This document shows positions 54,589 through 64,000 of a stretch of 64,000 nt of DNA, piece after piece (the first letter of the stretch is position 1; the number at the start of each line of letters is the position of its first letter). The stretch comes from Alphaproteobacteria bacterium (lineage in GTDB: Bacteria; Pseudomonadota; Alphaproteobacteria; GCA-2731375), in the NCBI GenBank assembly GCA_965232515.1, contig CBDDPY010000002.1, positions 5,056,001-5,120,000 of the forward strand, read 5' to 3'. The position numbers and the translations under genes are program-made. The notes under the pieces are model-generated. The model ran no database searches, was not told the origin of the DNA, and worked only from the letters and a program-made list of their open reading frames with translations.

Positions 54589-55541
54589 CCGCCGGTCTTC
54601 GCGCGGGGGTGCGCGGTGCGGTAGATCTTCATCAGTTGTTCGGTATCGACCTCGGTATAGCGCTGCGTCGTCGACAGGCTGGCATGGCCGAGCAGTTCCT
54701 GGATCGCGCGCAGATCGCCGCCGGCGCCGAGCAGGTGCGTTGCGAAGCTGTGCCGTAGCGCGTGCGGCGTGGCGGATTGCGGCAGGCCCAACGCGCCACG
54801 CAGCTGCCGCATGCGCGCCTGCACGATGCCGGGGCTCAAGCGGCCGCCGCGGACGCCGATGAACAGCGGGTCCTGCGGCGCCAGCACCACCGGCACCAAC
54901 GCCAGATAGGTGTCGACCGCCTGGCGCACGATGTCGAGCACCGGCACCAGCCGTTCCTTGCCGCCCTTGCCGCGGATCAGCAGCGCGTCCGGCAGCGGCG
55001 CCTGATGCCGGTCGAGGCCGAGCGCCTCCGAAATGCGCAGCCCGCAGCCATAAAGCAATGTCAGGACGGCGACGTCCCGGGCGGCGACCCAGGGCGACGC
55101 GGCGAATGTCGCGGCCTGATCGAGCGCGTCGCCGGCATCCCTGACGGTCAGCGGTTTCGGCACGCTGTGCGGTAGTTTCGGCGTGCGGATTGCATCGATG
55201 GCCGCATTGCCGGCCCAACCGGTGTGTGCCGTGAAGCGGAAGAAGCTGCGCACGGCCGACATGGCGCGCGCCGTCGACGTCGCCTTCAGGTTGTCGCGCC
55301 GGCGTTGCGCCAGCCAGCTGCGGAAATCGGCCGGTCGCAGGCTTTCGAGATCGGAACGGCTCGGCGGGCCGCCCAGATGCGCGGCCATGAAGGCGAGGAA
55401 CGCCAGCAGATCACGGTGATAGGCGTCGAGCGTCGGCGCGGCGGCACGACGTTCCGAACGCAGCCAGGTATCCCAGCGGCGAACGGCGTCGGCGATTTCG
55501 GGGTCGAGCGGGTGTGTTGTCAGGCCGGCAGATGAAGCCAT
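54585..55541 (-). CDS. xerC: Chromosomal tyrosine recombinase XerC
   Basis: YGCGLRISE, GKGGKERLVP, TPHALRHSFATHLL, LGHASLSTTQRY; follows DUF484. Confidence 0.93.
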   Translation of the reverse strand: MASSAGLTTHPLDPEIADAVRRWDTWLRSERRAAAPTLDAYHRDLLAFLAFMAAHLGGPPSRSDLESLRPADFRSWLAQRRRDNLKATSTARAMSAVRSFFRFTAHTGWAGNAAIDAIRTPKLPHSVPKPLTVRDAGDALDQAATFAASPWVAARDVAVLTLLYGCGLRISEALGLDRHQAPLPDALLIRGKGGKERLVPVLDIVRQAVDTYLALVPVVLAPQDPLFIGVRGGRLSPGIVQARMRQLRGALGLPQSATPHALRHSFATHLLGAGGDLRAIQELLGHASLSTTQRYTEVDTEQLMKIYRTAHPRAKTGG

Positions 55542-56251
55542 CCGCGGATCAGCCGTTCCAGCATGCGGGCGAGGAAATTCAACAGCTCGGTGCCCTGACC
55601 GGGATGGAAGCGTTCGCTGTCCCGGCTGCCGAATGCCAGCAACCCGACCGGCGCGATGCGGCTGGCATGGAGGCGGAGCAGGGCCTGCGATCGGACCAGG
55701 CGCGTCGCCGGTCCGAACACGGCGGCTTCGCCCGGCATGTCGCTCGCCAGCAGGATGTCGCGGCCCTCGCCGATCAGCGCGTCGACCGAGCCCGGCTCGA
55801 GCACGAAGACGCCGGCCGTTTTGGCGCGGCGCGGACCGTCCTCGTCCGACTGCTCGACGCAGAGCGTGACGGCGTCGACGTCCAGCACCTGGGCCAGGTC
55901 CGTGGTGACGATGTGGATCAGATGCTCGAAGTTGGCCGCTTCCAGCAGCGACAGCGCGGCCTCGTGGACCTGCGCCTGCACCGACATGTTCGAGCGGCTG
56001 GCGGTGATCAACTCGCTTTGATAGTTGCGCAGCCGGTCGACCTCGTCCTGCAGGCGCCGCACCATGAACTGCTGCATGTCGTGCACATTGCGGCCCCCGG
56101 CGATGCCCGGCGGCGCGATCACCTCGACCAGATCCGGATTCTCGGTCAGGAAGTTCGGGTGGTCCCGCAGATAGGCCTCGACGTCATCGGCGGAAACGTG
56201 CGCGCGCGCCGATGTCGCCGACGGCGTGGAGCGTGTCTTTTCCGACGTCAT
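55520..56251 (-). CDS. DUF484 (YigA-like) protein
   Basis: VEAYLRDHPNFL, GLLAFGSRD..RFHPGQGTELLNFL. Confidence 0.9.
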   Translation of the reverse strand: MTSEKTRSTPSATSARAHVSADDVEAYLRDHPNFLTENPDLVEVIAPPGIAGGRNVHDMQQFMVRRLQDEVDRLRNYQSELITASRSNMSVQAQVHEAALSLLEAANFEHLIHIVTTDLAQVLDVDAVTLCVEQSDEDGPRRAKTAGVFVLEPGSVDALIGEGRDILLASDMPGEAAVFGPATRLVRSQALLRLHASRIAPVGLLAFGSRDSERFHPGQGTELLNFLARMLERLIRGWLHLPA

Positions 56252-56258
56252 GCCCGGA

Positions 56259-56933
56259 TCAGGACGCCGCGGCGCCCTCGAGGATGGTCTGGCCCGTCTT
56301 CTTCCAGTCGTTCAGGAAGGCGTCGAGGCCCTTGTCGGTAAGCGCGTGTTTGGCCAGCTGCCGCAGCACGTTGGGCGGGATCGTGGCGACGTCGGCGCCG
56401 AGCCGCGCGGCCTGCAACACCTGTCCCGGCGAGCGGATCGATGCCACCAGGACCTCGGTCTCGATCGCGTCGTAATTGTCATAGATCTCGACGATCTCGG
56501 CGATCAGGCTCATGCCGTCATGGCCGATGTCGTCGAGCCGGCCGACGAAGGGCGAAATGAACGTCGCGCCGGCCTTGCCGGCCAACAGCGCCTGATTCGC
56601 GGAAAAACACAACGTCACGTTCACCATCACGCCGGCCTGGGTCAGCGTCCGGCAGGCTTTCAGGCCGTCCCAGGTCAGCGGCACCTTGACGGTGATGTTG
56701 TCGGCCATATCGGCCAGCTTACGGCCCTCGCTGACCATGCCGTCGGTGTCGGTCGCCGTCACCTCGGCGCTGACCGGTCCATCGACGATGGCGCAGATCT
56801 CGCGCAAAACCTCGAAAAAGTCGCGGCCGGTCTTGGCGACGAGCGACGGATTCGTCGTCACGCCGTCGAGTAAACCGGTGGCGGCAAGGTCGCGAATCTC
56901 GTCGACGTCGGCGGTGTCGATAAAGAATTTCAT
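56259..56933 (-). CDS. fsa: Transaldolase / fructose-6-phosphate aldolase
   Basis: [31 protein letters not shown]. Confidence 0.93.
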   Translation of the reverse strand: MKFFIDTADVDEIRDLAATGLLDGVTTNPSLVAKTGRDFFEVLREICAIVDGPVSAEVTATDTDGMVSEGRKLADMADNITVKVPLTWDGLKACRTLTQAGVMVNVTLCFSANQALLAGKAGATFISPFVGRLDDIGHDGMSLIAEIVEIYDNYDAIETEVLVASIRSPGQVLQAARLGADVATIPPNVLRQLAKHALTDKGLDAFLNDWKKTGQTILEGAAAS

Positions 56934-57020
56934 CGGCGCTGTAATACTCGCAAAAGCGTTTCTGACATGGCCTTTGGACGTCGGTTGTCGACCGTTCGCC
57001 CGCTTGGCAGAGTGTAGCGG

Positions 57021-59237
57021 ATGCCAACCCCTACTACCAGTTTCGACGTCCCGGCGGAAGAGCCGGTCGGCCGCGTGCATGTGCTGTTGCCGCTGCCGCT
57101 GACGGGCGCCTACGACTACCGCATTGCAGACGGCATCGATGCCGGGCCGGGCTCGTTCGTCGTGGTGCCGTTGGGCCGTCGGCTGGTCGCGGGCGTAGTC
57201 TGGGGCGAGGGTCCGGCCGACGCCGCCGACGCGCTGCCCGACGACAAGCTGAAGGACGTGGTCGACACGCTGCCGGCGCCGGCGATGCCCGAGGTGATGC
57301 GGCGATTCGTCGATTGGGTGGCAGGCTATACCTGTTCGGCGCCGGGCGCGGTGCTGCGCATGGCGATGAGCGTGCCGGCGGCGCTGGAAGCGCCGAAGCC
57401 TCAGGTCGCTTATGTGCTGGACGGCCCGCCGCCGCCGCGCATGACCGCCGCGCGTGGCCGGGTGATCGATGCGCTGGTGGACGGACCGTCGCGCAGCTTG
57501 CGCGAGCTGACCGAACTCGCCGCCGTCGGCGCCGGCGTGGTGCGCGGGCTTGTCGCCGCCGGTACGCTGCGCGAAGTCCTGCGCACGGTGCCGTTCGACC
57601 AGCCGCAGCCCGATCCGGCGCGCGCCGGTCCGGCCCTGACCGAGACACAGGCAGACGCCGCGGCGGCGCTGATCCAACGTGTCGATGCCGGCGGCTTCTC
57701 GGCGACGCTGCTGGATGGCGTCACCGGCGCCGGCAAGACGGAGGTCTATTTCGAGGCCATCGCCCGGGCGCTCGAACGCGATCAACAGGTTCTGGTCCTG
57801 GTGCCGGAGATCGCCATGACCGCGCAATGGTTCGATCGTTTCCAGCAGCGCTTCGGCGCGGGGCCGGTGGAGTGGCATTCGGACCTGCGGTCGAGCCAGC
57901 GCCGGGCGAATTGGCGCGCCGTCGCCGAGGGCCGGGCGCGGGTCGTCGTCGGCGCGCGTTCGGCCCTGTTCCTGCCGTTCTCCGACCTCGGACTGATCGT
58001 CGTCGACGAGGAGCACGACGTCGCCTTCAAGCAGGAAGACGGCGTCATCTATCACGCCCGCGACATGGCCGTGGTGCGGGCCTCGCTGCAGGACGTGCCC
58101 ATCGTGCTGGTCTCGGCGACGCCGGCGCTCGAGACCATGGTCAATGTCGAGCAGGGGCGCTATGCGCTGCTGCATCTGCCGGGGCGGCCGGGCGCGGCGG
58201 AATTACCCGACGTTGGCGCCATCGACATGCGCAAGGATCCGCCGCCGCGCGGCCGGTTCCTGTCGCCGCTGCTGGCCGACGAAATCGCCACGACGTTGGC
58301 GGCGGGCGAGCAGGCGCTGCTGTTTCTGAATCGGCGCGGTTATGCGCCGCTGACGCTCTGCCGCGCCTGCGGCCATCGTCTGGAATGTCCGAACTGCACG
58401 GCCTGGCTGGTCGAGCACCGGTTCGCCGCGCGGCTGCAGTGCCACCATTGCGGGTTCGCGGCGCCGTTGCCCGAGACCTGCCCGAACTGCGATGCGGAGC
58501 AGAGCTTCGCGGCCTGCGGTCCCGGCGTCGAGCGGCTGCTGGAGGAGGTGGGCGCGCTGTTTCCCGACGCCCGTGCCCTGATGGTGGCGAGCGACACCGT
58601 GCACGGTCCCCGCGGCGCGGCCGAGGTCGTGCGCTCCATCGTCGAGCACGAGGTGGATCTGATCATCGGCACGCAGATCGTCGCCAAGGGTCTGAATTTT
58701 CCTTTGCTGACGCTGGTTGGCGTGGTCGATGCCGATCTCGGACTCGCCGGCGGCGATCTGCGCGCCGTCGAGCGCACCTATCAGCTGCTGAGCCAGGTTT
58801 CCGGCCGGGCCGGGCGGGCGGAGCGGCCGGGCCGGGCGCTGCTGCAGACCTACATGCCCGAGCATCCGGTGATGCAGGCGCTGGTGTCAGGCGACCGGCA
58901 GACCTTCATCGAGCGTGAGACCGAGGCGCGCCGCACCGCGCACATGCCGCCGTTCGCGCGCCTCGTCGCCGTCATCGTGTCGGGACCGGACGAGGCGCAG
59001 GTGGCGGATACCGCGGCGGCGCTGGGACGTTGCGCGCCGGCCAGCGACACCGTCGAGGTGCTGGGTCCGGCGCCGGCGCCGATGACGCTGCTGCGCGGCC
59101 GGTTCCGCTATCGCCTGTTGATGCGCACGCCGCGAAAGACCAATGCGTCCGAGCTCGCCCGCGCCTGGGTCGCCAAGGTCAAGCCGGCCGGCAACGTCCG
59201 TATCGCCGTCGACGTCGATCCCTACAGCTTCGTTTAG
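57021..59237 (+). CDS. priA: Primosomal helicase PriA
   Basis: [24 protein letters not shown], four CxxC. Confidence 0.97.
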   Translation: MPTPTTSFDVPAEEPVGRVHVLLPLPLTGAYDYRIADGIDAGPGSFVVVPLGRRLVAGVVWGEGPADAADALPDDKLKDVVDTLPAPAMPEVMRRFVDWVAGYTCSAPGAVLRMAMSVPAALEAPKPQVAYVLDGPPPPRMTAARGRVIDALVDGPSRSLRELTELAAVGAGVVRGLVAAGTLREVLRTVPFDQPQPDPARAGPALTETQADAAAALIQRVDAGGFSATLLDGVTGAGKTEVYFEAIARALERDQQVLVLVPEIAMTAQWFDRFQQRFGAGPVEWHSDLRSSQRRANWRAVAEGRARVVVGARSALFLPFSDLGLIVVDEEHDVAFKQEDGVIYHARDMAVVRASLQDVPIVLVSATPALETMVNVEQGRYALLHLPGRPGAAELPDVGAIDMRKDPPPRGRFLSPLLADEIATTLAAGEQALLFLNRRGYAPLTLCRACGHRLECPNCTAWLVEHRFAARLQCHHCGFAAPLPETCPNCDAEQSFAACGPGVERLLEEVGALFPDARALMVASDTVHGPRGAAEVVRSIVEHEVDLIIGTQIVAKGLNFPLLTLVGVVDADLGLAGGDLRAVERTYQLLSQVSGRAGRAERPGRALLQTYMPEHPVMQALVSGDRQTFIERETEARRTAHMPPFARLVAVIVSGPDEAQVADTAAALGRCAPASDTVEVLGPAPAPMTLLRGRFRYRLLMRTPRKTNASELARAWVAKVKPAGNVRIAVDVDPYSFV

Positions 59238-60205
59238 TCAGGAACCGGTTGCCAGAGCGCGGCCCGAACCTCGCCGAGCTCGCGTTTCAGCTTGGTCCAG
59301 GATTGGCCGCCGTCCTGGCTGCGGAACAGTTGGCCGAGGTTGCTGGCGACAAAGACCAGATCCGGATCGGATGGATGCGTTGCGATGCACCACGGCGTGC
59401 TGTTGAGCTCCCCCGGCAGCCCCGCATCGCGCCAGCTTGTCCCGGCGTTCTCGCTGCGCAGCAGTCGTCCGGTCGAGCCCGGCGGGCCGTTGCCGTTGGT
59501 CAGCCACAGCCGCTCGGGGTCGTCGGGCCGCTGTTGGATGGTGCGGGTGTATTGCCAGGGTGAATCCAATTCCTGGAAGCGCCAATGCGCGCCGTCGTCG
59601 TCGCTGACGTGCAGGCCCATGTTGGTGGTGGCGAAGATCCGCCGGTCGGCGCCGCCATGCACGTAAAGCCCATGGATGTCCTCCGACAGCAGGCCCTCGT
59701 TGCGCCGCGCCCAGGTTTCGCCGCCGTCGCGGCTGAGATGCACGCCGTCGATCTCGACGCCGGCCCAGATGGTGTCGCCGTCGTCCGGATCGAACAGGAC
59801 CTGGGTCACCCGGGGCGTGTGCACGAACTGGCATGTTTCGGCGAAGTTTTGCGGCAGGCGGCGCCAGTCGCGGCCGCCGTTGTCGGAGCGGTAGAGCCCG
59901 GCGGGCTGCGTGCCGGCGATGACGATGTCGGGGTCGTCGGCGGCCTGCGCCAGCGCCCAGACGTTCATCGTGTCCATCGGCGAAGGCAGGCGCCGCCAGC
60001 TCTCGGTCGCCGATGTCCAGCGATAGACGCCGGAATCGGTGCCGGCCAGAACCTCGCCCGGCCGTTGCGGATGACCGCTCAACGCCCAGCAGCGCGCCTC
60101 CAGATAGAGTCCCGACTCGCTGTAGGGCCGCGACCAGGTCTCGCCCAGATCGCCGCTCATCCAGACCGACATCCCGGCCGTGCCGACGAAGAGCTGGACC
60201 GGCAT
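59234..60205 (-). CDS. BNR/Asp-box beta-propeller protein
   Basis: Repeated SxDxGxxW: SGDLGETW, SDNGGRDW, SRDGGETW, SDDDGAHW, SQDGGQSW. Confidence 0.85.
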   Translation of the reverse strand: MPVQLFVGTAGMSVWMSGDLGETWSRPYSESGLYLEARCWALSGHPQRPGEVLAGTDSGVYRWTSATESWRRLPSPMDTMNVWALAQAADDPDIVIAGTQPAGLYRSDNGGRDWRRLPQNFAETCQFVHTPRVTQVLFDPDDGDTIWAGVEIDGVHLSRDGGETWARRNEGLLSEDIHGLYVHGGADRRIFATTNMGLHVSDDDGAHWRFQELDSPWQYTRTIQQRPDDPERLWLTNGNGPPGSTGRLLRSENAGTSWRDAGLPGELNSTPWCIATHPSDPDLVFVASNLGQLFRSQDGGQSWTKLKRELGEVRAALWQPVPD

Positions 60206-60236
60206 TTCTGAAGACCTCCCGATTATCACCTGCGGG

Positions 60237-60503
60237 CTATTGCTTGTCCGAGGCGCCGCCCGCGGTCTTCAGCGCCACGTTGTCGCCGGTGATCACGAAT
60301 GTCACCTCACCGTTGGAGGCCTCGTAGGTCCATGTTTCCAGTGGCCCGACTTTCGTGACCTTGGTCGGGTCGCCCAGTGCGTCTACCAGTTCGCTCTTGG
60401 TCGAGACGTTTTCGGCCTTCGCCAATATGTCCTGCTGCGACGGCTCGCCACAGGCGGCGAGCGGCAGCGCCAGTAGCGCCGCAATGGCGATGATCCGTTT
60501 CAC
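60237..60503 (-). CDS. Small lipoprotein
   Basis: RBS GGGGAG, signal with lipobox LAAC, LGDP..WTY (SmpA/OmlA-like pattern). Confidence 0.75.
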   Translation of the reverse strand: MKRIIAIAALLALPLAACGEPSQQDILAKAENVSTKSELVDALGDPTKVTKVGPLETWTYEASNGEVTFVITGDNVALKTAGGASDKQ

Positions 60504-60793
60504 GAACTCTCCCCCGTCGATCGGTTGATGCCCAGGGCGAGTAGATTATCACGTCGCCGTTGCCGCGTCGTAGCGCGTCGCGTGATAGTTTGTTTCGGAA
60601 CTCGTCGGTGTTGTGATCGAAAGCGGCGATTTGCCGCAATGCAACCGCTGCCGGCTTGCATGCCGTTCGGCCCTATGCTAACTAGCCCAGGCGTCGGGGG
60701 GCAATGCCGATGTGGGCATATTGCTCTTCGTTTTTCCTTTAGATTTCAATGTCTTACGCCTATCCGCAAAGCCGCTGCCAGGACTGATCCCAC

Positions 60794-61354
60794 GTGTCTG
60801 CCGAAGTAAGCGTCGTATCCGATATCGCCGGCCGCTATGCCAACGCGCTGTTCGATTTGGCGTTGGAGAGCGGTTCTCTCGACAACGTCGCCGGCGATCT
60901 CGCCGCGATCGCCCGCATGATCGACGAGTCGGCCGACCTGGCCCGGCTGGTGCGCAGCCCGGTGATCAGCCGCGAAGATCAGGGCAAGGCAATGACCGCG
61001 CTGCTGACGCAGGCCGACGCCCAGGAGTTGACGCGCAAGTTCGTCGGCCTGGTCGCGCAGAATCGCCGCCTGTTCGCGCTGCGCGACATGACCGTCGCCT
61101 TCAGCCGGCTGTTGGCCCGGCATCGCGGTGAGATCATGGCCCGCATTACCTCGGCGCACGCGCTGAACGAGACCCAGGTCGCGGCGATCAAGGCCGAGCT
61201 TTCGGCGGCGATGAAGACCGACGTGACCCTCGAAACAAACGTCGACAACGATATCCTGGGCGGCCTGATCGTCCAGGTCGGCTCGCGCATGGTCGACTCG
61301 TCCCTGCGCACGAAGCTGCAAAACCTTAAATTCGCGATGAAAGGGGTTGGTTGA
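60794..61354 (+). CDS. atpH: ATP synthase delta subunit
   Basis: [31 protein letters not shown]. Confidence 0.97.
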   Translation: MSAEVSVVSDIAGRYANALFDLALESGSLDNVAGDLAAIARMIDESADLARLVRSPVISREDQGKAMTALLTQADAQELTRKFVGLVAQNRRLFALRDMTVAFSRLLARHRGEIMARITSAHALNETQVAAIKAELSAAMKTDVTLETNVDNDILGGLIVQVGSRMVDSSLRTKLQNLKFAMKGVG

Positions 61355-62883
61355 TGGACCTCCGCGCCGCAGAAATTTCCGCCATTCTGAAAAACCAGAT
61401 CGCCGGTTTCGGCGACGAAGCCGAGGTTTCGGAGGTCGGCCAGGTCCTGTCCGTCGGTGACGGCATCGCCCGCGTCTACGGGCTGGACAACGTGCAGGCC
61501 GGCGAGATGGTCGAGTTTCCGGGCTCGATCAAGGGCATGGCGCTCAACCTGGAAACCGACAATGTCGGCGTGGTGATTTTCGGCGACGACCGCGAGATCA
61601 AGGAAGGCGACACCGTCAAGCGGACCGGCGACATCGTCGACGTGCCGGTCGGCAAGGGTCTGCTGGGCCGGGTCGTCGACGGCCTCGGCAACCCGATCGA
61701 CGGCAAGGGCCCGATCGAGGCGACCGAGCGCAGCATGGTCGAGGTCAAGGCGCCCGGCATCATTCCGCGCAAGTCCGTGCACGAGCCGGTGCAGACCGGC
61801 CTGAAGGCGCTGGACGCCCTGGTCCCGATCGGCCGCGGTCAGCGCGAGCTGGTCATCGGCGACCGCCAGACCGGCAAGACCGCCGTCATCATGGACACGA
61901 TCATCAACCAGAAGCAGGCGCATCAGGGCGACGACGAAGCGAAGAAGCTCTACTGCATCTATGTCGCGGTCGGACAGAAGCGCTCGTCGGTGGCGCAGCT
62001 TGTGAAGTCGCTGCAGGACAACGGCGCGCTGGAATACTCGATCGTCGTGGCCGCCACGGCCTCCGACCCGGCGCCGCTGCAGTTCCTGGCGCCCTATACC
62101 GGCTGCGCCATGGGCGAATACTTCCGCGACAACGGCATGCACGCGGTGATTTTCTACGACGATCTGTCGAAGCAGGCCATCGCCTACCGGCAGATGTCGC
62201 TGTTGCTGCGCCGGCCGCCGGGGCGCGAGGCGTTTCCGGGTGACGTCTTCTACCTGCACTCGCGGCTGCTCGAGCGCGCGGCGAAGATGAATGACGACCA
62301 CGGCGCCGGTTCGCTGACCGCGCTGCCGGTGATCGAAACCCAGGCCAGTGACGTGTCGGCCTATATCCCGACCAACGTGATCTCGATCACCGACGGCCAG
62401 ATCTTCCTTGAGACCGAGCTGTTCTACCGCGGCATTCGTCCGGCCATTAACGTCGGCCTGTCGGTCAGCCGGGTCGGCTCGGCCGCGCAGGTCAAGGCCA
62501 TGAAGCAGGTCGCCGGCACCATCAAGCTGGAGCTGGCGCAGTATCGCGAGATGGAGGCGTTCGCGCAGTTCGGCTCCGATCTCGACGCCTCGACCCAGCG
62601 TCTGTTGAACCGCGGCGCCCGCCTGACCGAACTGCTGAAGCAGAACCAGTACCAGCCCATGGCCGTCGAGGAGCAGGTGGTTTCGATCTTTGCCGGCGTG
62701 CGCGGCTATCTGGACAACCTCGCGGTTGGCGATGTCGGCCGCTTCGAATCCGAGTTCATGAGCGAAATGCACAACGCGCATGCCGATATCATGGAAACCA
62801 TCCGCACCGAGCAGGTTTTGAGCGAAGAGACGGAAGGTAAGCTGACGGGCGTGCTTGACGATTTCGTCAAGAAGTTTGCCTGA
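61354..62883 (+). CDS. atpA: ATP synthase alpha subunit
   Basis: [29 protein letters not shown]. Confidence 0.99.
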   Translation: MDLRAAEISAILKNQIAGFGDEAEVSEVGQVLSVGDGIARVYGLDNVQAGEMVEFPGSIKGMALNLETDNVGVVIFGDDREIKEGDTVKRTGDIVDVPVGKGLLGRVVDGLGNPIDGKGPIEATERSMVEVKAPGIIPRKSVHEPVQTGLKALDALVPIGRGQRELVIGDRQTGKTAVIMDTIINQKQAHQGDDEAKKLYCIYVAVGQKRSSVAQLVKSLQDNGALEYSIVVAATASDPAPLQFLAPYTGCAMGEYFRDNGMHAVIFYDDLSKQAIAYRQMSLLLRRPPGREAFPGDVFYLHSRLLERAAKMNDDHGAGSLTALPVIETQASDVSAYIPTNVISITDGQIFLETELFYRGIRPAINVGLSVSRVGSAAQVKAMKQVAGTIKLELAQYREMEAFAQFGSDLDASTQRLLNRGARLTELLKQNQYQPMAVEEQVVSIFAGVRGYLDNLAVGDVGRFESEFMSEMHNAHADIMETIRTEQVLSEETEGKLTGVLDDFVKKFA

Positions 62884-62923
62884 TCGGTGCGTCGGTCGAC
62901 GGGATTGAGGACGTAGAAGCCGC

Positions 62924-63829
62924 ATGCCGAGCCTTAAAGACCTTCGGATCCGGATCAACAGCGTCAAGTCGACGCAGAAGATCACGCGGGCCATGCAGAT
63001 GGTCGCGGCCGCCAAGCTGCGCCGGGCGCAGGAAGCCGCGGAACAGTCGCGACCCTATGCCGAGCGCATGGCGCGGATGATGACGTCGGTCGCCGCGAAC
63101 CTGCCGAACCTGGACATGGCGTCGCCGCTGATGGTTGGCAACGGCAAGGATGACGTGCATCTGCTGGTGCTGTTCACGGCCGAACGCGGTCTTTGCGGCG
63201 CCTTCAACTCTGCGACGGCGCGCGCCGTCCGACGGCGCATCGTCGAATTGCGCGAGGCCGGCAAGACCGTGAAGGTGCTGTGTGTCGGCAAGAAGGGCTA
63301 CGACAGTCTGCGTGGCGACTATGCCGATCTGATCGTCGACTACATCAGCTTCCGCGAGGTGCGGAATATCGGCTTCGCCCAGGCCGCCACCGTGGCGGAG
63401 AAGCTGACCGAGATGTTCGAAGCCGGCGATTTCGACGTCTGTCAGATCTACTACAACGCCTTCGTCTCCGTCATCAGCCAGAAGGTCACGCCGCTGCAGC
63501 TTATTCCGCTGGGCCTGCCGGAAGCGGACGACGAGAACGAAGGCGAGGACGACAGCGCGCCCGACCTGCAGGGCGCGGTCTACGAATTCGAGCCGGAAGA
63601 GGACGAACTTCTGATCGATCTGGTGCCGCGCAACATGGCGATCCAGATCTTCAAGGCGCTGCAGGAAAGCGCAGCGGCCGAACAGGCGGCCCGGATGACC
63701 GCGATGGACAACGCCACGCGCAATGCCGGTGAAATGATCGAACAGCTGACGCTGAACTACAACCGCACGCGCCAGGCGGCGATCACCAAGGAACTCATCG
63801 AAATCGTATCCGGCGCCGAAGCGCTGTAA
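62924..63829 (+). CDS. atpG: ATP synthase gamma subunit
   Basis: [37 protein letters not shown]. Confidence 0.99.
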   Translation: MPSLKDLRIRINSVKSTQKITRAMQMVAAAKLRRAQEAAEQSRPYAERMARMMTSVAANLPNLDMASPLMVGNGKDDVHLLVLFTAERGLCGAFNSATARAVRRRIVELREAGKTVKVLCVGKKGYDSLRGDYADLIVDYISFREVRNIGFAQAATVAEKLTEMFEAGDFDVCQIYYNAFVSVISQKVTPLQLIPLGLPEADDENEGEDDSAPDLQGAVYEFEPEEDELLIDLVPRNMAIQIFKALQESAAAEQAARMTAMDNATRNAGEMIEQLTLNYNRTRQAAITKELIEIVSGAEAL

Positions 63830-63880
63830 GAACTAGGAAAGGCCGTCATCGGCCTTTCGACGTACGGGAGCTGACAAATC

Positions 63881-64000
63881 ATGGCCACCAACAACGTAGG
63901 ACGGGTATCACAGGTTATCGGCGCCGTCGTCGACGTGACCTTCGACGGCGAGCTGCCGGCGATCCTGTCGGCGCTGCACACCAAGAACGGCGACCGGACG
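63881..64000 (+). CDS. atpD: ATP synthase beta subunit (5' part, truncated by window)
   Basis: [32 protein letters not shown]; follows atpG. Confidence 0.95.
   Translation, partial: MATNNVGRVSQVIGAVVDVTFDGELPAILSALHTKNGDRT

Noticed and set aside
54585-55541. Tyrosine recombinase as a possible phage or cassette integrase
   Set aside because: Sequence and DUF484 linkage are those of housekeeping XerC; host-like composition, no att sites or cargo nearby.

Overview
High-GC alphaproteobacterial chromosomal window. From about 14.4 kb to the end it is mostly housekeeping: ispZ, rpiA, ftsY-mtaB-dapF, ffh-rpsP-rimM-trmD-rplS-leuCDB-asd, pdxY, sdhCDAB, zapE-mdh-sucCD-sucAB-lpdA, xerC-DUF484-fsa, priA and atpHAGD'. 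A four-gene catabolic block (2-OG/Fe dioxygenase, MFS, SAF-domain oxidoreductase, mmsA) sits between sdhB and zapE. The first 13.5 kb is an accessory patchwork of unrelated genes. Its most striking structure is a set of degenerate tandem repeat clusters with about 44-bp period (6586-6698, 8147-8266, 8555-8666, 10812-11039). These bracket single-gene or two-gene modules, including an AT-rich island with a 513-aa protein carrying a Nudix-like motif and a divergent 67-aa micro-ORF. The island is also flanked by a duplicated, pseudogenised 3' end of the neighbouring GNAT gene. Other oddities are four further families of intergenic palindromes, an Mdh with a histone-like basic tail, and an alpha/beta hydrolase lacking the nucleophile Ser. 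No rRNA, tRNA, CRISPR array or transposase was seen. All family assignments are by eye from motifs; no database search was run.
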